A stretch of DNA of 28,004 bases from Promethearchaeota archaeon (GTDB taxonomy: Archaea; Asgardarchaeota; Lokiarchaeia; Sigyniarchaeales; SOKP01): contig JAFGOA010000099.1 in NCBI GenBank assembly GCA_016926735.1, forward strand, positions 1 to 28,004. The letters run 5' to 3'. The notes beneath the pieces are model-generated. The model made no database searches and had not been told where the DNA came from. It saw only the letters and a program-made list of their open reading frames with translations. How positions within the stretch are numbered: position 1 is the stretch's first letter; the number at the start of each line of letters is the position of its first letter. Made by a program: the position numbers and the translations under genes. Positions 19,321 to 28,004 of this stretch are shown piece by piece.

Positions 19321-19674
19321 ATGTCAATTCCAAAAGTGTTTAAAGTAATACAAGAAAAAGGGGAAATCTCAGATGAATTGGATTATGCTTTAATGAAGTA
19401 TCTATTGCAAAATCGAGGATCTGGATTTACTCCTTGTCAACCCATGTTAGTAGAACTTGAAGATGGAAATCAGGCAATTAAACTAAGCATAGATAATACA
19501 TTCGTAGGAAAGGATAATAGATTAATGGGTTTAGGAATTGTTGGAAATATATTTGTTGATATACATAATTATAATGTACTTTATGCTACTCCAAAAGAAG
19601 AATTAGACCATAATATCAAAAAATTAGAAGAAGCAGGAGTTAAACCACAACCAAGACCACATGGAAAATATTAA
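19321..19674 (+). CDS. Hypothetical protein
   Basis: 117-aa ORF with normal composition; no family recognised. Confidence 0.7.
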   Translation: MSIPKVFKVIQEKGEISDELDYALMKYLLQNRGSGFTPCQPMLVELEDGNQAIKLSIDNTFVGKDNRLMGLGIVGNIFVDIHNYNVLYATPKEELDHNIKKLEEAGVKPQPRPHGKY

Positions 19675-19754
19675 CGATCACTTTATCTATTTATTTTATT
19701 ATTACATTTATTAAATTAAAACTAAATCATAAATACAAAAGATTACAGATATTT

Positions 19755-20297
19755 ATGGATAATAATAACCAAGATATTCAAAATTTAATTAAAATTTATT
19801 TGGAACAAGAAGGATTATTAGAAAAAACAATTGAAGAACCTGATATAAAATTTGGTTTTCAATTTAATTATCCATTTTCTAAGGACTTATCTTACCAAAA
19901 TAATCAATCAATTGTCTTATATCAACCAATTAATAAAGATTTTTTAATTATATCAATATCAACTCAGATTTCAAAACATCATAGCAAAATGTTGCTTAAT
20001 GATCTCAACAGAAAATATCAATTCTTTCTTGATATAAAAAAAATCATACTTATTAAAAATCTCTTCTTCAGAATTGATACTAGAAACGACCGTTATGAAA
20101 TTTCTGATCAAATTTTTTTAGAATCTATAAAACAAATATCTAAAAATGAATTTTATAAAATAGTAAGAAAACTCTATAATATCCATGTTTATTGTTATCT
20201 CATTTTAATAGAATATTGTGTTGATCGTTCAAATATTGAAGATATAAAAAAATTAGAAGAATTTGATTCAAATCTTGGGTCAAATTTATATATTTAA
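19755..20297 (+). CDS. DUF2299/YbjN-like archaeal protein
   Basis: IKIYLEQEGLL...F.F...YP...QP..KD...ISKNEFY..VRK pattern. Confidence 0.55.
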   Translation: MDNNNQDIQNLIKIYLEQEGLLEKTIEEPDIKFGFQFNYPFSKDLSYQNNQSIVLYQPINKDFLIISISTQISKHHSKMLLNDLNRKYQFFLDIKKIILIKNLFFRIDTRNDRYEISDQIFLESIKQISKNEFYKIVRKLYNIHVYCYLILIEYCVDRSNIEDIKKLEEFDSNLGSNLYI

Positions 20298-20348
20298 AAC
20301 ATTAATCATATTTCTATATCTGTAATTTAAAGGAGAATAAATAAAATT

Positions 20349-20870
20349 ATGTATGAGAAATGGTTACAAGCTTTAAATAAGCTTGAATACATACAAGGAA
20401 AAAATAAACCCAATGTGGATTGTATTTTTTGTGCTATAAGGGATAATAATGATGAAGTTGTATCATTAAAAATATATGAAGATGATATTTGTTTTGTTAG
20501 TCTTAATCTCTATCCTTATAATCCTGCTCATTTATTAGTTATAACAAAAGAACATATAATTAAGTTTACAGAACTAAAGAAGAATGAAATAATTCATATA
20601 TCAAGAGTTATTCAAGGATTACAAATGATGCTCAATGATTTATATTTACCTAAAGGATACAATATTGGATTAAATCAAGGAAAAAGTTCTGGAGGTAGTA
20701 TAGAACATCTTCATTTTCATGTTGTCCCTCGTTTTGGTTCAGAATTAGGATTTATAGATATTATTGGTGATACACGAATAGTAGTAGAAGGGTTGGATTC
20801 TATAAAAAAAAAATTAAAGAATAGCATTCATAATTATTTGAATAATAAATTCTTCAAGGATTTTACTTAA
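20349..20870 (+). CDS. HIT-family nucleotide hydrolase (Ap4A hydrolase/phosphorylase-like)
   Basis: CIFC, LNLYPYNPAHLLV, GYNIGLNQG and HLHFHVVPR motifs. Confidence 0.92.
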   Translation: MYEKWLQALNKLEYIQGKNKPNVDCIFCAIRDNNDEVVSLKIYEDDICFVSLNLYPYNPAHLLVITKEHIIKFTELKKNEIIHISRVIQGLQMMLNDLYLPKGYNIGLNQGKSSGGSIEHLHFHVVPRFGSELGFIDIIGDTRIVVEGLDSIKKKLKNSIHNYLNNKFFKDFT

Positions 20871-20911
20871 AATAAAAAAAATAAAAAAATAAAATATATA
20901 ACTAAGACAAT

Positions 20912-21136
20912 CTAATAAGAACCTCTAGTTGCTTCACGGATATCTGCAGCAGTGATTCTTTTTCTTTTATCTTTTTTGGTTATTTTAATTGCGTCTTTAG
21001 TGGCGCCTGCTGCCTTTTTCTCTAAATAGTTAATTAATTTATCTAAGGCCTCTGCGGCTACTAAATCAGCACCTTCTCTTTTCATTAACCTTCGAATAGG
21101 TGCTTTAGCAATATAACCTTCTGCTTTTTTAGCCAT
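20912..21136 (-). CDS. Archaeal histone (HMf fold), variant
   Basis: Gapless alignment by eye to HMfB: APIRRLMK..GA..V...A...L...LE...RK.I...DI; SD GGAGG upstream. Confidence 0.92.
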   Translation of the reverse strand: MAKKAEGYIAKAPIRRLMKREGADLVAAEALDKLINYLEKKAAGATKDAIKITKKDKRKRITAADIREATRGSY

Positions 21137-21718
21137 ATTTTTATTCCTCCACGTATGTTATACTTTTTTTTTTATAAATTATTATAATTCTTAATTATAA
21201 CTACACATTTCTATTATATAAATGTTATGATTCGAATCGATATTATTATGAATCTAAGTAGATTTTTTACTTGATTGAAAAGTATTCTTAATATATTTAC
21301 GACCGACAAAATACAAATTAAAATTAAATTTTGATAATATATTTTTAATTAATTTAAGATTTCTTTAAGAAAATTCTTATGCTCTATATATAAAATTATG
21401 TTAATTTTTCTTATTTTAACTTGATATGAATAATATTATCACTATATTAATAAATTACAAAATCTTAAAAATTATTACTGATAAAATACAGAATTTGTAC
21501 AAATTTGCTATCCAATTGATAATCAAAATAAAAAAATAAACAAATTTGATGATATTTTAGGATTATGATATTAAGATCTGTAATTTACATCTTAGATTAA
21601 AATTATTTCATATCGTTAAGAAATAATTATTTATATATAGAATTTCAGCTAAAATTTAAAAGACTAGAAAATATTTATCAATAGGTATTTAATAATTATT
21701 TAAGAAGTGATTTGATTT

Positions 21719-22570
21719 CTGATCAGTAATAGTAAATCTGAAAATGAAATTGGTGAAACTGAGATTGAAAATGCTCTACAAGAATTAGGATTTACTAAAA
21801 ATGATTCTAAAGTATTTCTCACATTAGCTAAATATAAAGTCTTATCTCCAGCAGATATAGCTCGCCATAGTAATGTGGATCGAGCAAGGGTTTATGATTC
21901 TCTTAATCGCTTAATGGAAAAAGGGTATATAAAAAAGGAACCTGTTAAACGAGGAGCAAATTATCAAGTAATTGCTATTGATAAAATCTTTAAATCTATT
22001 CGGGAAGGATATAAAAAAAAGATTGATGAGACGTTAATTTTAGAGAAGGCAATCAGCAAACTTCAAGTTGAAGAAGAAGAGCCTGAACCACGAGTATGGG
22101 CAATTAATTCAAAAAAAAAAATTAGAAAGAAAATAAAACAACTTATAGACTCTGCCAATAGAAGACTTTATCTAATTATTACTCCTGATCTGCTAATGGA
22201 AGAGTTAGCTGGTCGAGATTGGATTCTTAAAGAAATATGGAGCAAAAAATTTTCTTCTGATAAAATTAATATTATAGTTGCTTTAAAATATTTTGAGTCT
22301 CTTAAAGAAGAAATTAAAAAATTATTAAAAATAAGAATAAATGTTCATTCCATAGAAGGTGGTAATGTCATACCTTTTGGATTATTAATAGCTGATAATG
22401 ATTTCCTCCTTACAACATTGGATCAGGTTAAAGAGGCTCCCGAATATACCTCTGGTATTTGGCTCGAGGACGGAAATAACAAACAGATCTTAGGATATGA
22501 ACACTTGTTCCGTCATTTCATCAGTTCTGAATGCAAAGAGATAAAACTTACAGTAAAACCAGATATTTGA
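21719..22570 (+). CDS. TrmB-family transcriptional regulator
   Basis: The frame is open upstream of the track's 21875 and encodes LQELGFTKNDSKVFLTLA...SPADIARHSNVDRARVYDSLNRLMEKGYI (TrmB HTH), followed by an effector-binding-like domain. Probable CTG start at 21719. Confidence 0.88.
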   Translation: MISNSKSENEIGETEIENALQELGFTKNDSKVFLTLAKYKVLSPADIARHSNVDRARVYDSLNRLMEKGYIKKEPVKRGANYQVIAIDKIFKSIREGYKKKIDETLILEKAISKLQVEEEEPEPRVWAINSKKKIRKKIKQLIDSANRRLYLIITPDLLMEELAGRDWILKEIWSKKFSSDKINIIVALKYFESLKEEIKKLLKIRINVHSIEGGNVIPFGLLIADNDFLLTTLDQVKEAPEYTSGIWLEDGNNKQILGYEHLFRHFISSECKEIKLTVKPDI

Positions 22571-22635
22571 AAAAAAAAAATTTTATTTATTAGTAATAAT
22601 AACAATACATAAGATAAAAATAAAGGAGATTATGA

Positions 22636-23199
22636 ATGAGCTATCGTGGTAAAGTAGTTTTACTGGGAGATCCAGCAGTCGGTAAAACTTCCCTATTAAA
22701 TAGATATATCGATGATAAATTTCCAGATGAATATCTTCCAACAGTCGGGGCTAATTTCTTAGTTACTGAGGTGGATTTAACTAATATTATAGATAAATTG
22801 GATAAGTTAGATGAAGAACTTAAAGAAAAAGTCGCAAATAAAGGATTGAAGATATATTTTTGGGATATTGGTGGACAACAAGATAAATTATTCGCTAATG
22901 AATATTATTTTTTAGATGCGGTTGGGGCAATTGTAGTATTTAATCTTATAGAAGAAGAATCTTTTAATAATTTAGAATTTTGGATTTCTAAACTTAGAGA
23001 GTTAAGTGGAGAAATCCCTTTTATTATTGTAGGAAATAAAACCGACTTATCTGAGGGAAGAACAATTAATGAAGAGCGAATAAAAACAAAAGTTAATGAT
23101 TATAATGTTGAATTTTATGAAACTTCAGCAAAAACAAATGAAAATGTAACAAAAGCTTTTGAATCCATATCTATTAAAGTTTTGAATAATTTGGCTTAA
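22636..23199 (+). CDS. Rab-like small GTPase without C-terminal prenylation motif
   Basis: GDPAVGKTS, YLPTVG, WDIGGQ, GNKTD and ETSAK motifs; ends VLNNLA; SD GGAG. Confidence 0.92.
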   Translation: MSYRGKVVLLGDPAVGKTSLLNRYIDDKFPDEYLPTVGANFLVTEVDLTNIIDKLDKLDEELKEKVANKGLKIYFWDIGGQQDKLFANEYYFLDAVGAIVVFNLIEEESFNNLEFWISKLRELSGEIPFIIVGNKTDLSEGRTINEERIKTKVNDYNVEFYETSAKTNENVTKAFESISIKVLNNLA

Positions 23200-23230
23200 T
23201 TAATTCTTATCGTTTTTCTCTTTAATAAAA

Positions 23231-23992
23231 ATGAGTACATTAATACTTCCAATTTCCCCTTTAATTCGCTCGAAATCTCGTCTTAAAAATTATTTTTCAG
23301 AGAATCAATTGAAAGATTTCACTATTTCAATGTTTTTGGATTTAGGTAAAAAACTATCAGAAATTAAATGTTTTGAAAATATTCTTATTTATAGTAGTGA
23401 TAATGAAATTCTTGAATTAGCATTAGATTATGGTTTAATTGGTATAAGAGAAAAATTCAAATCAAAATATAAACTATTTGATAAAACTATCCAAGAAATA
23501 AATACTGTTGCTATTAAAAAATACAACGCAAATAAAACAATTCTTATTTTTTTAGATCTTATTTTAATAACTAAGAAAAATTTAGTAGATATTAATAATT
23601 TGTTATATAAAAACCAAATTGTTGTTTGTCCTGCGATTAATTCTGCTGGTATATCCATTTTGGGAAGAAATCCTCCAAATATAATTCATACCCACTTTTC
23701 AGATCCTAATATTCCTTCATTTTTTGCTTTATCTAATGAAATTAAGAAAAATAATTGGGAAAAGTATGCTATTTATGATTCTTTTAGAGCGGGTTTCGAT
23801 ATTGATATTAAACAAGATTTAGTATTAGGATACGAATATTTAAAAATATTAAATCTCGAAGAGAGTAATACCTTTAAATTTCTCAAGAAAAACTTAAAAC
23901 TTAATCTAATTAAGGGAGATAAAAATAATAACAGAAATTTAATAATTATTGAAAAAGATAATAAATTATTCAAAAAGAAATTGTTATATTGA
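23231..23992 (+). CDS. cofC: 2-phospho-L-lactate/PEP guanylyltransferase-like (F420 biosynthesis)
   Basis: ILPI....SKSRL, MFLD, D.I.I, VVCPA...G, F....SF and FDID...DL motifs of CofC. The 3' end overlaps the convergent gene by 23 bp. Confidence 0.7.
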   Translation: MSTLILPISPLIRSKSRLKNYFSENQLKDFTISMFLDLGKKLSEIKCFENILIYSSDNEILELALDYGLIGIREKFKSKYKLFDKTIQEINTVAIKKYNANKTILIFLDLILITKKNLVDINNLLYKNQIVVCPAINSAGISILGRNPPNIIHTHFSDPNIPSFFALSNEIKKNNWEKYAIYDSFRAGFDIDIKQDLVLGYEYLKILNLEESNTFKFLKKNLKLNLIKGDKNNNRNLIIIEKDNKLFKKKLLY

Positions 23993-25199
23993 GTTTGAAT
24001 TCTTCCCCTATTATATCTTCAACTATTTTTTGAAAGTCTTCTCTTTCTTTCTTTAGTGTTCCTAAATAACGAAGGTAATCATGATTTTTTTTTTTAATAT
24101 CATTTTCAAGATGTTCTAATCTTTGAGTCTTTAATGCAATATCATTTTTAATTACATCTTGTTTTTGATCTAATCCTTTTTTTTCAATTTCGTTTTTAAT
24201 TATATCTGTTTTTTCTCTAATTTCATGCAATCTATCGAGATCTTCATAAATTTTCTTATCATTAAAAATATTATTAATTTGCTCTATAGTTTTTTCTTTT
24301 TTATCTGTTTTAAGATTTAATTTATTTTCTTCTAATGTATGTCTTAATTGTATTAATAAACTCTTAAATTTATTCAGTTCCTTTCCTTCTTTACTCAAAA
24401 CATAAATTGGATCTTTAATAAATTCCCTGATATACACATCATCTAAATTTTGAATATGAAGATTATTACGTTCAACTTCAACTTTTAATTTTTTTAAAGC
24501 TTTTTTAAATCCTAATTCATTATTTATTTCCATTTTTATTTTAAATAGTAGATCTTTGAAAGTTTTGAGTTGTTTGAATAGATCATCTTTTTCTATTTCT
24601 AATAACTTATCATTTAGCTGATCTAAATTTTCTTGAATTTCTTCTTTATTCGTTTCGAATATTTCTATGTCTTTCTTAGTATTTTCAATATTTTCTCTTA
24701 AATTATAAAATTTTGGGATTTTACCAAGTATATCCTCAGCGGATTTAACGTCTGAATATTTATTACGTATAAATTGATCTAAATTTATTTGTTTTTTATT
24801 TAATTTTCTTGTAAGGTAATTTAATTCTTTTAATTCTGTTTGAACTTCTTTTTGAAACTTAGGTAATGATTTTTTCGCAATATCATTAATAGTTATGAAT
24901 AATTTTTTAACAGCATTGAATAAACTTATTAAATTATCATGAGTAATTTCATTATCGGGTATTTCAATTTCATCAATTTCTTTCTTTATTCTATCTGAAA
25001 AGAAATTTAAGGATTTTAATGCTTTTTGATCAAGAGCTTCTTTTACTTCTAAGAAATGATCCATACTGATTTTTATACTTATCAAATTTTCTCTTATATC
25101 ACTGATTAATTTTGATGCAAATTTTTTTTCTTTAAAATAGATATTATTTAATCTTTTTTTATAGAAGTCTTCAAAATCTTCTAAAGTAATGTCAGCCAT
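23970..25199 (-). CDS. Hypothetical coiled-coil protein
   Basis: 409-aa K/E/L/I-rich helical ORF with no Walker motifs. Confidence 0.75.
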   Translation of the reverse strand: MADITLEDFEDFYKKRLNNIYFKEKKFASKLISDIRENLISIKISMDHFLEVKEALDQKALKSLNFFSDRIKKEIDEIEIPDNEITHDNLISLFNAVKKLFITINDIAKKSLPKFQKEVQTELKELNYLTRKLNKKQINLDQFIRNKYSDVKSAEDILGKIPKFYNLRENIENTKKDIEIFETNKEEIQENLDQLNDKLLEIEKDDLFKQLKTFKDLLFKIKMEINNELGFKKALKKLKVEVERNNLHIQNLDDVYIREFIKDPIYVLSKEGKELNKFKSLLIQLRHTLEENKLNLKTDKKEKTIEQINNIFNDKKIYEDLDRLHEIREKTDIIKNEIEKKGLDQKQDVIKNDIALKTQRLEHLENDIKKKNHDYLRYLGTLKKEREDFQKIVEDIIGEEFKLNITISF

Positions 25200-25481
25200 T
25201 TTCTAAAATCCGTATTATATTTTATTCATACACCATTATATCCAAATATTTTTGCATAAAAATAGTGTTTTAGATTAATTTATTTTTAATTAATGAGATT
25301 TAATTAATTTTACTTTCAAAAATTATTTTAAAAAAATTATTTTTTTAATGTCATTTTTATAACATAAAACACCTAATTGTTTGTTATTTTTGATTTTTAG
25401 ATCTTGGCTTCAGACAATATCAAAAAATTAATATTTTATTTTATATTTATTTCATTAAATTAAATATTAAAAGATTGAAAA

Positions 25482-25979
25482 ATGAGTCTTTCACCAATAC
25501 GACCACCAAATTTTAAAGAACAAATATTCTTTCGAAAATTAAGAGCTAGAGTCGACGGTAATGCTAAAATAGAATATGCTTTAACACAAATTAAGGGAAT
25601 CGGAAAAAGATTTGCTCAAATTATTGTCAAAAAGGCATCAATTAATCCCTCAACTCGAATTGGGGCATTATCAGAAAAAGAAATAAATTTAATCGAAGAT
25701 ATTGTATCTGACCCTTTAAAATATGAAATCCCTTCATATCTTTTGAATAGACAAAAAGATATTGCTCATGGGGATGATAAACAAATCTTAGGAAACCAAT
25801 TAGAAATTACTGTAAAAAGAGATATAGATAGAATGAAACGTATGAGATCATATAAAGGAATACGTCATCATTATGGATTAAAAGTTCGAGGTCAAAGAAC
25901 TAAAAGTACAGGACGTCATGGTTTAGTAATTGGTTTTCAAAGAAAAAGTCTACTAAAACAAAAGAAGAAAACTAAATAG
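25482..25979 (+). CDS. rps13: 30S ribosomal protein S13 (uS13)
   Basis: ALTQIKGIG, NRQKD...G and SYKGIRH..GLKVRGQRTKSTGR motifs. Confidence 0.97.
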   Translation: MSLSPIRPPNFKEQIFFRKLRARVDGNAKIEYALTQIKGIGKRFAQIIVKKASINPSTRIGALSEKEINLIEDIVSDPLKYEIPSYLLNRQKDIAHGDDKQILGNQLEITVKRDIDRMKRMRSYKGIRHHYGLKVRGQRTKSTGRHGLVIGFQRKSLLKQKKKTK

Positions 25980-25988
25980 GTGAAAATA

Positions 25989-26483
25989 ATGGGAGATCCT
26001 AGAAAACTTAAAAAAAAATTCAAAAAACCAAAACATCCATTTCAAAGAGACAGATTAAATGAAGAACTCGAATTTGTTGGAAAATATGGTTTAAGAAATA
26101 AAAGGGAATTTTGGAAATCGGGTACTAAACTTAGAAGATGGAGAGAAATTGCTAGACATTCAAGAACTTTACCAAAAGCTAAAGCACAAGAAGTACAAAA
26201 GACCCTAATTATTAAATTAAATCATTTAGGTATCTTAGGTCCTGAATCCACTTTTGAAGATATTCTACAATTAACTATCGAAGATGTATTAAAACGTAGA
26301 TTACAGACTCTTGTATATGAGAAAGGTATGGCAAATAGTATTTATCAAGCAAGACAATTAATTGTTCATAAACATATTCAAGTTGGAGCCAAAAGAATTG
26401 ATTCCCCCTCATATATGGTAAAAAATAAAGAGCAAGATCTCATTCAATATGCTCCGAATAGTACTTTTAAATCTAAACAATAA
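25989..26483 (+). CDS. rps4: 30S ribosomal protein S4 (uS4)
   Basis: MGDPRK, YGLRNKRE.W and RRLQT.V...G.A.S..QARQLIVH.HI motifs. ATG at 25989 is preferred because the GTG at 25980 lies in the SD GGTGA. Confidence 0.97.
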   Translation: MGDPRKLKKKFKKPKHPFQRDRLNEELEFVGKYGLRNKREFWKSGTKLRRWREIARHSRTLPKAKAQEVQKTLIIKLNHLGILGPESTFEDILQLTIEDVLKRRLQTLVYEKGMANSIYQARQLIVHKHIQVGAKRIDSPSYMVKNKEQDLIQYAPNSTFKSKQ

Positions 26484-26662
26484 TTATCTCATATGAGAAA
26501 TTATTGAAGTTATCATTCTAATATATTTAATTCATTTTGTTTTGAGAAATAATAAAAAAATTTTTTTTAATAATAAAGAATCAGTATTATTCAAAAAATA
26601 AAGAATTCTGTTAAAATACTTTATTCTCTGAAAATTTTAAAAAAAAATAAAAAAATGATTAT

Positions 26663-26890
26663 TTAAATTCCATGAAACTCTACTCCTAAGTAAAGAAGAA
26701 ACCAGCCTAAGAAAACCATTATCATACCAAACATTCCCCAAAATTCCCAATTTGAAAAATCTCCTAGGGATACTACAGGCCAGAAATCAGGTAAAGGTGG
26801 CCAGATTGTCCAATATAATAAGACAAGACCAAAAACTAAGAGTAGGAAAGAAAAAATAACTGTTACTTTTTTTGGTGGGCTATAAGTCAT
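26663..26890 (-). CDS. Small two-TM membrane protein
   Basis: 75 aa; SPPKK followed by two hydrophobic helices, ending LLYLGV.F.GI. Confidence 0.7.
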   Translation of the reverse strand: MTYSPPKKVTVIFSFLLLVFGLVLLYWTIWPPLPDFWPVVSLGDFSNWEFWGMFGMIMVFLGWFLLYLGVEFHGI

Positions 26891-26974
26891 TTTAATTTCA
26901 GCTTCATTATATACATATTTTTATGAGTTTTATTTATTATTTATTAATTTAAATATTTTTACATTTCACTAATA

Positions 26975-27222
26975 GAAAGCACATTCCTTCAGGGACGGCA
27001 TGGATTTTAGGAGAAAATAAAAACTAATACAGTTTTTATTTTTAAATAAAGTAAAAATATCTTATTAGATAATGATGATACATTAGAAAACCAATAATAT
27101 ATCATGAACCTATCATAGGGACTACCGGAAGTCACGCGTCTGGAGATAGTGTATGATCCGTCAATATGAAGGCAATGGTTGATGAAGGTTGAATCCAGTT
27201 CCTTTCAACATTGGTAGTTCAA
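26975..27222 (+). mobile_element. Non-autonomous IS200/IS605-family derivative (MITE/PATE-like) with a TnpB 3'/reRNA-like segment
   Basis: Left-end-like hairpin GAAAGCACATTCC-TTCA-GGGACGGCATGGAT. GC-enriched 27118-27222 translates as GTTGSHASGDSV*...AMVDE (TnpB C-tail-like) and ends in hairpin + GGTAGTTCAA. No transposase or RuvC motifs. Confidence 0.6.
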
Positions 27223-27355
27223 TTATAAATTATAAATATAGATAAAATTTCTTTTTTCGAATTAAGAAAAAAAAAATCGAAATACTAATATTTTAGAATA
27301 CATTTAAAAAATCAAGAGTTAAATAAATAAAAATAATGAAAAATGGGATTTGTAA

Positions 27356-27751
27356 GTGTCTGAAGATAAAACTCGATATGCAATTGTACATATATTTAGT
27401 TCTTTTAATAATACGATAGTTACTGCTACAGATTTAAGTGGAGCTGAAACTTTTGCTAAATGCAGTGGGGGTATGGTTGTTAAAGCAGATAGAGATGAAA
27501 GTAATCCATATGCAGGTATGCAATGCGGGTTTAGAATCGCTGGTACTTTAAAAGATTTAGGAATAACTGCTGTTCATATAAAAGTTCGGGCTCCTGGAGG
27601 TAATAAGACTCAAACACCTGGACCAGGTGCTCAAGCATGTATTCGAGCGTTAGCAAGATCAGGATTAAGGGTTGAAAGAATTGAAGAAACAACTCCAAAG
27701 AGTCACGATCACTGTCGAAGGAAAGGTGGACATAGAGGCCGTAGAGTTTAA
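27356..27751 (+). CDS. rps11: 30S ribosomal protein S11 (uS11)
   Basis: [38 protein letters not shown] and GGxRGRRV motifs. Confidence 0.97.
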   Translation: MSEDKTRYAIVHIFSSFNNTIVTATDLSGAETFAKCSGGMVVKADRDESNPYAGMQCGFRIAGTLKDLGITAVHIKVRAPGGNKTQTPGPGAQACIRALARSGLRVERIEETTPKSHDHCRRKGGHRGRRV

Positions 27752-27794
27752 TTCCTTAATTCTATAAAAGGAATTGGAATTTTCTTTTTTTTTT
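27750..27794 (+). terminator. Putative terminator after rps11
   Basis: Inverted repeat AATTCCTT/AAGGAATT (27750-27775) followed by a T-rich tract. Confidence 0.45.
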
Positions 27795-27917
27795 AATTAA
27801 AAAAAATTTATTATATCATTATACAATTCAATCACTTCCTCAAAGTTGTGTTCTTATTGAATATTAATAGTAAAATTGATAATGTATTTAAATTTCCTAT
27901 ATATGTATTACACAAAA

Positions 27918-27947
27918 GTGAACTACCACGTCCGAAACAGTACTTCG
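27918..27947 (-). mobile_element. IS200/IS605 right-end-like remnant
   Basis: Minus strand reads CGAAGTACTGTTTCGGACGTGGTAGTTCAC and shares TGGTAGTTCA with 27212-27221. Confidence 0.4.
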
Positions 27948-28004
27948 TAATTTTATAATCTTACATCTCTATCACCTTTTCCTTTTTACCATTTTATCAA
28001 AAGA

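Noticed and set aside
21137-21718. Long AT-rich histone/trmB intergenic region with palindrome GATTCGAATC
   Set aside because: No ORB-like repeats or structured RNA visible; consistent with divergent promoters.
23428-23973. ORFs 23428-23658 and 23773-23973
   Set aside because: Antisense to the cofC-like gene.
23970-25199. Possible SMC/Rad50 call for the coiled-coil protein
   Set aside because: No Walker A/B, ABC signature or zinc-hook motif.
27072-27220. 5S rRNA or C/D-box sRNA interpretation of the structured segment
   Set aside because: Lacks conserved 5S loop motifs, and no CTGA box D follows the TGATGA motifs; an IS605/TnpB origin fits better.
1-28004. CRISPR array, rRNA genes, in-frame Sec codons
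   Set aside because: No regularly spaced repeats, rRNA sequence or convincing UGA read-through ORFs were seen.

Overview
Very AT-rich archaeal chromosomal window, most likely from an Asgard archaeon (Lokiarchaeia/Promethearchaeota). The assignment is inferred from the co-occurrence of an HMf-fold histone, eS25, archaeal uS13/uS4/uS11, an intron-containing tRNA-Ser(CGA) and several eukaryotic-signature-type proteins: a Rag-like GTPase with a roadblock/longin C-terminal domain, a Rab-like GTPase, a Bud23/WBSCR22-like methyltransferase and an NPRL2/uDENN-like longin protein. Most notable: (i) a translationally coupled pair of a 1417-aa single-pass LamG/Ig-like surface protein with an ~80-aa cytoplasmic tail and a longin + winged-helix protein (candidate trans-membrane signalling module), about 5 kb from a Rag-like GTPase; (ii) a non-autonomous IS200/IS605-type element retaining what looks like a TnpB reRNA scaffold, inserted between rps4 and rps11; (iii) a four-gene operon with two membrane LbH proteins, a tandem metallophosphoesterase and a ThiI homologue lacking its PP-loop; (iv) a vapB split by an A12 run; (v) a histone with an altered tetramer interface; (vi) genes that apparently need non-canonical start codons. 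All family calls come from motif recognition by eye; no database searches were run.
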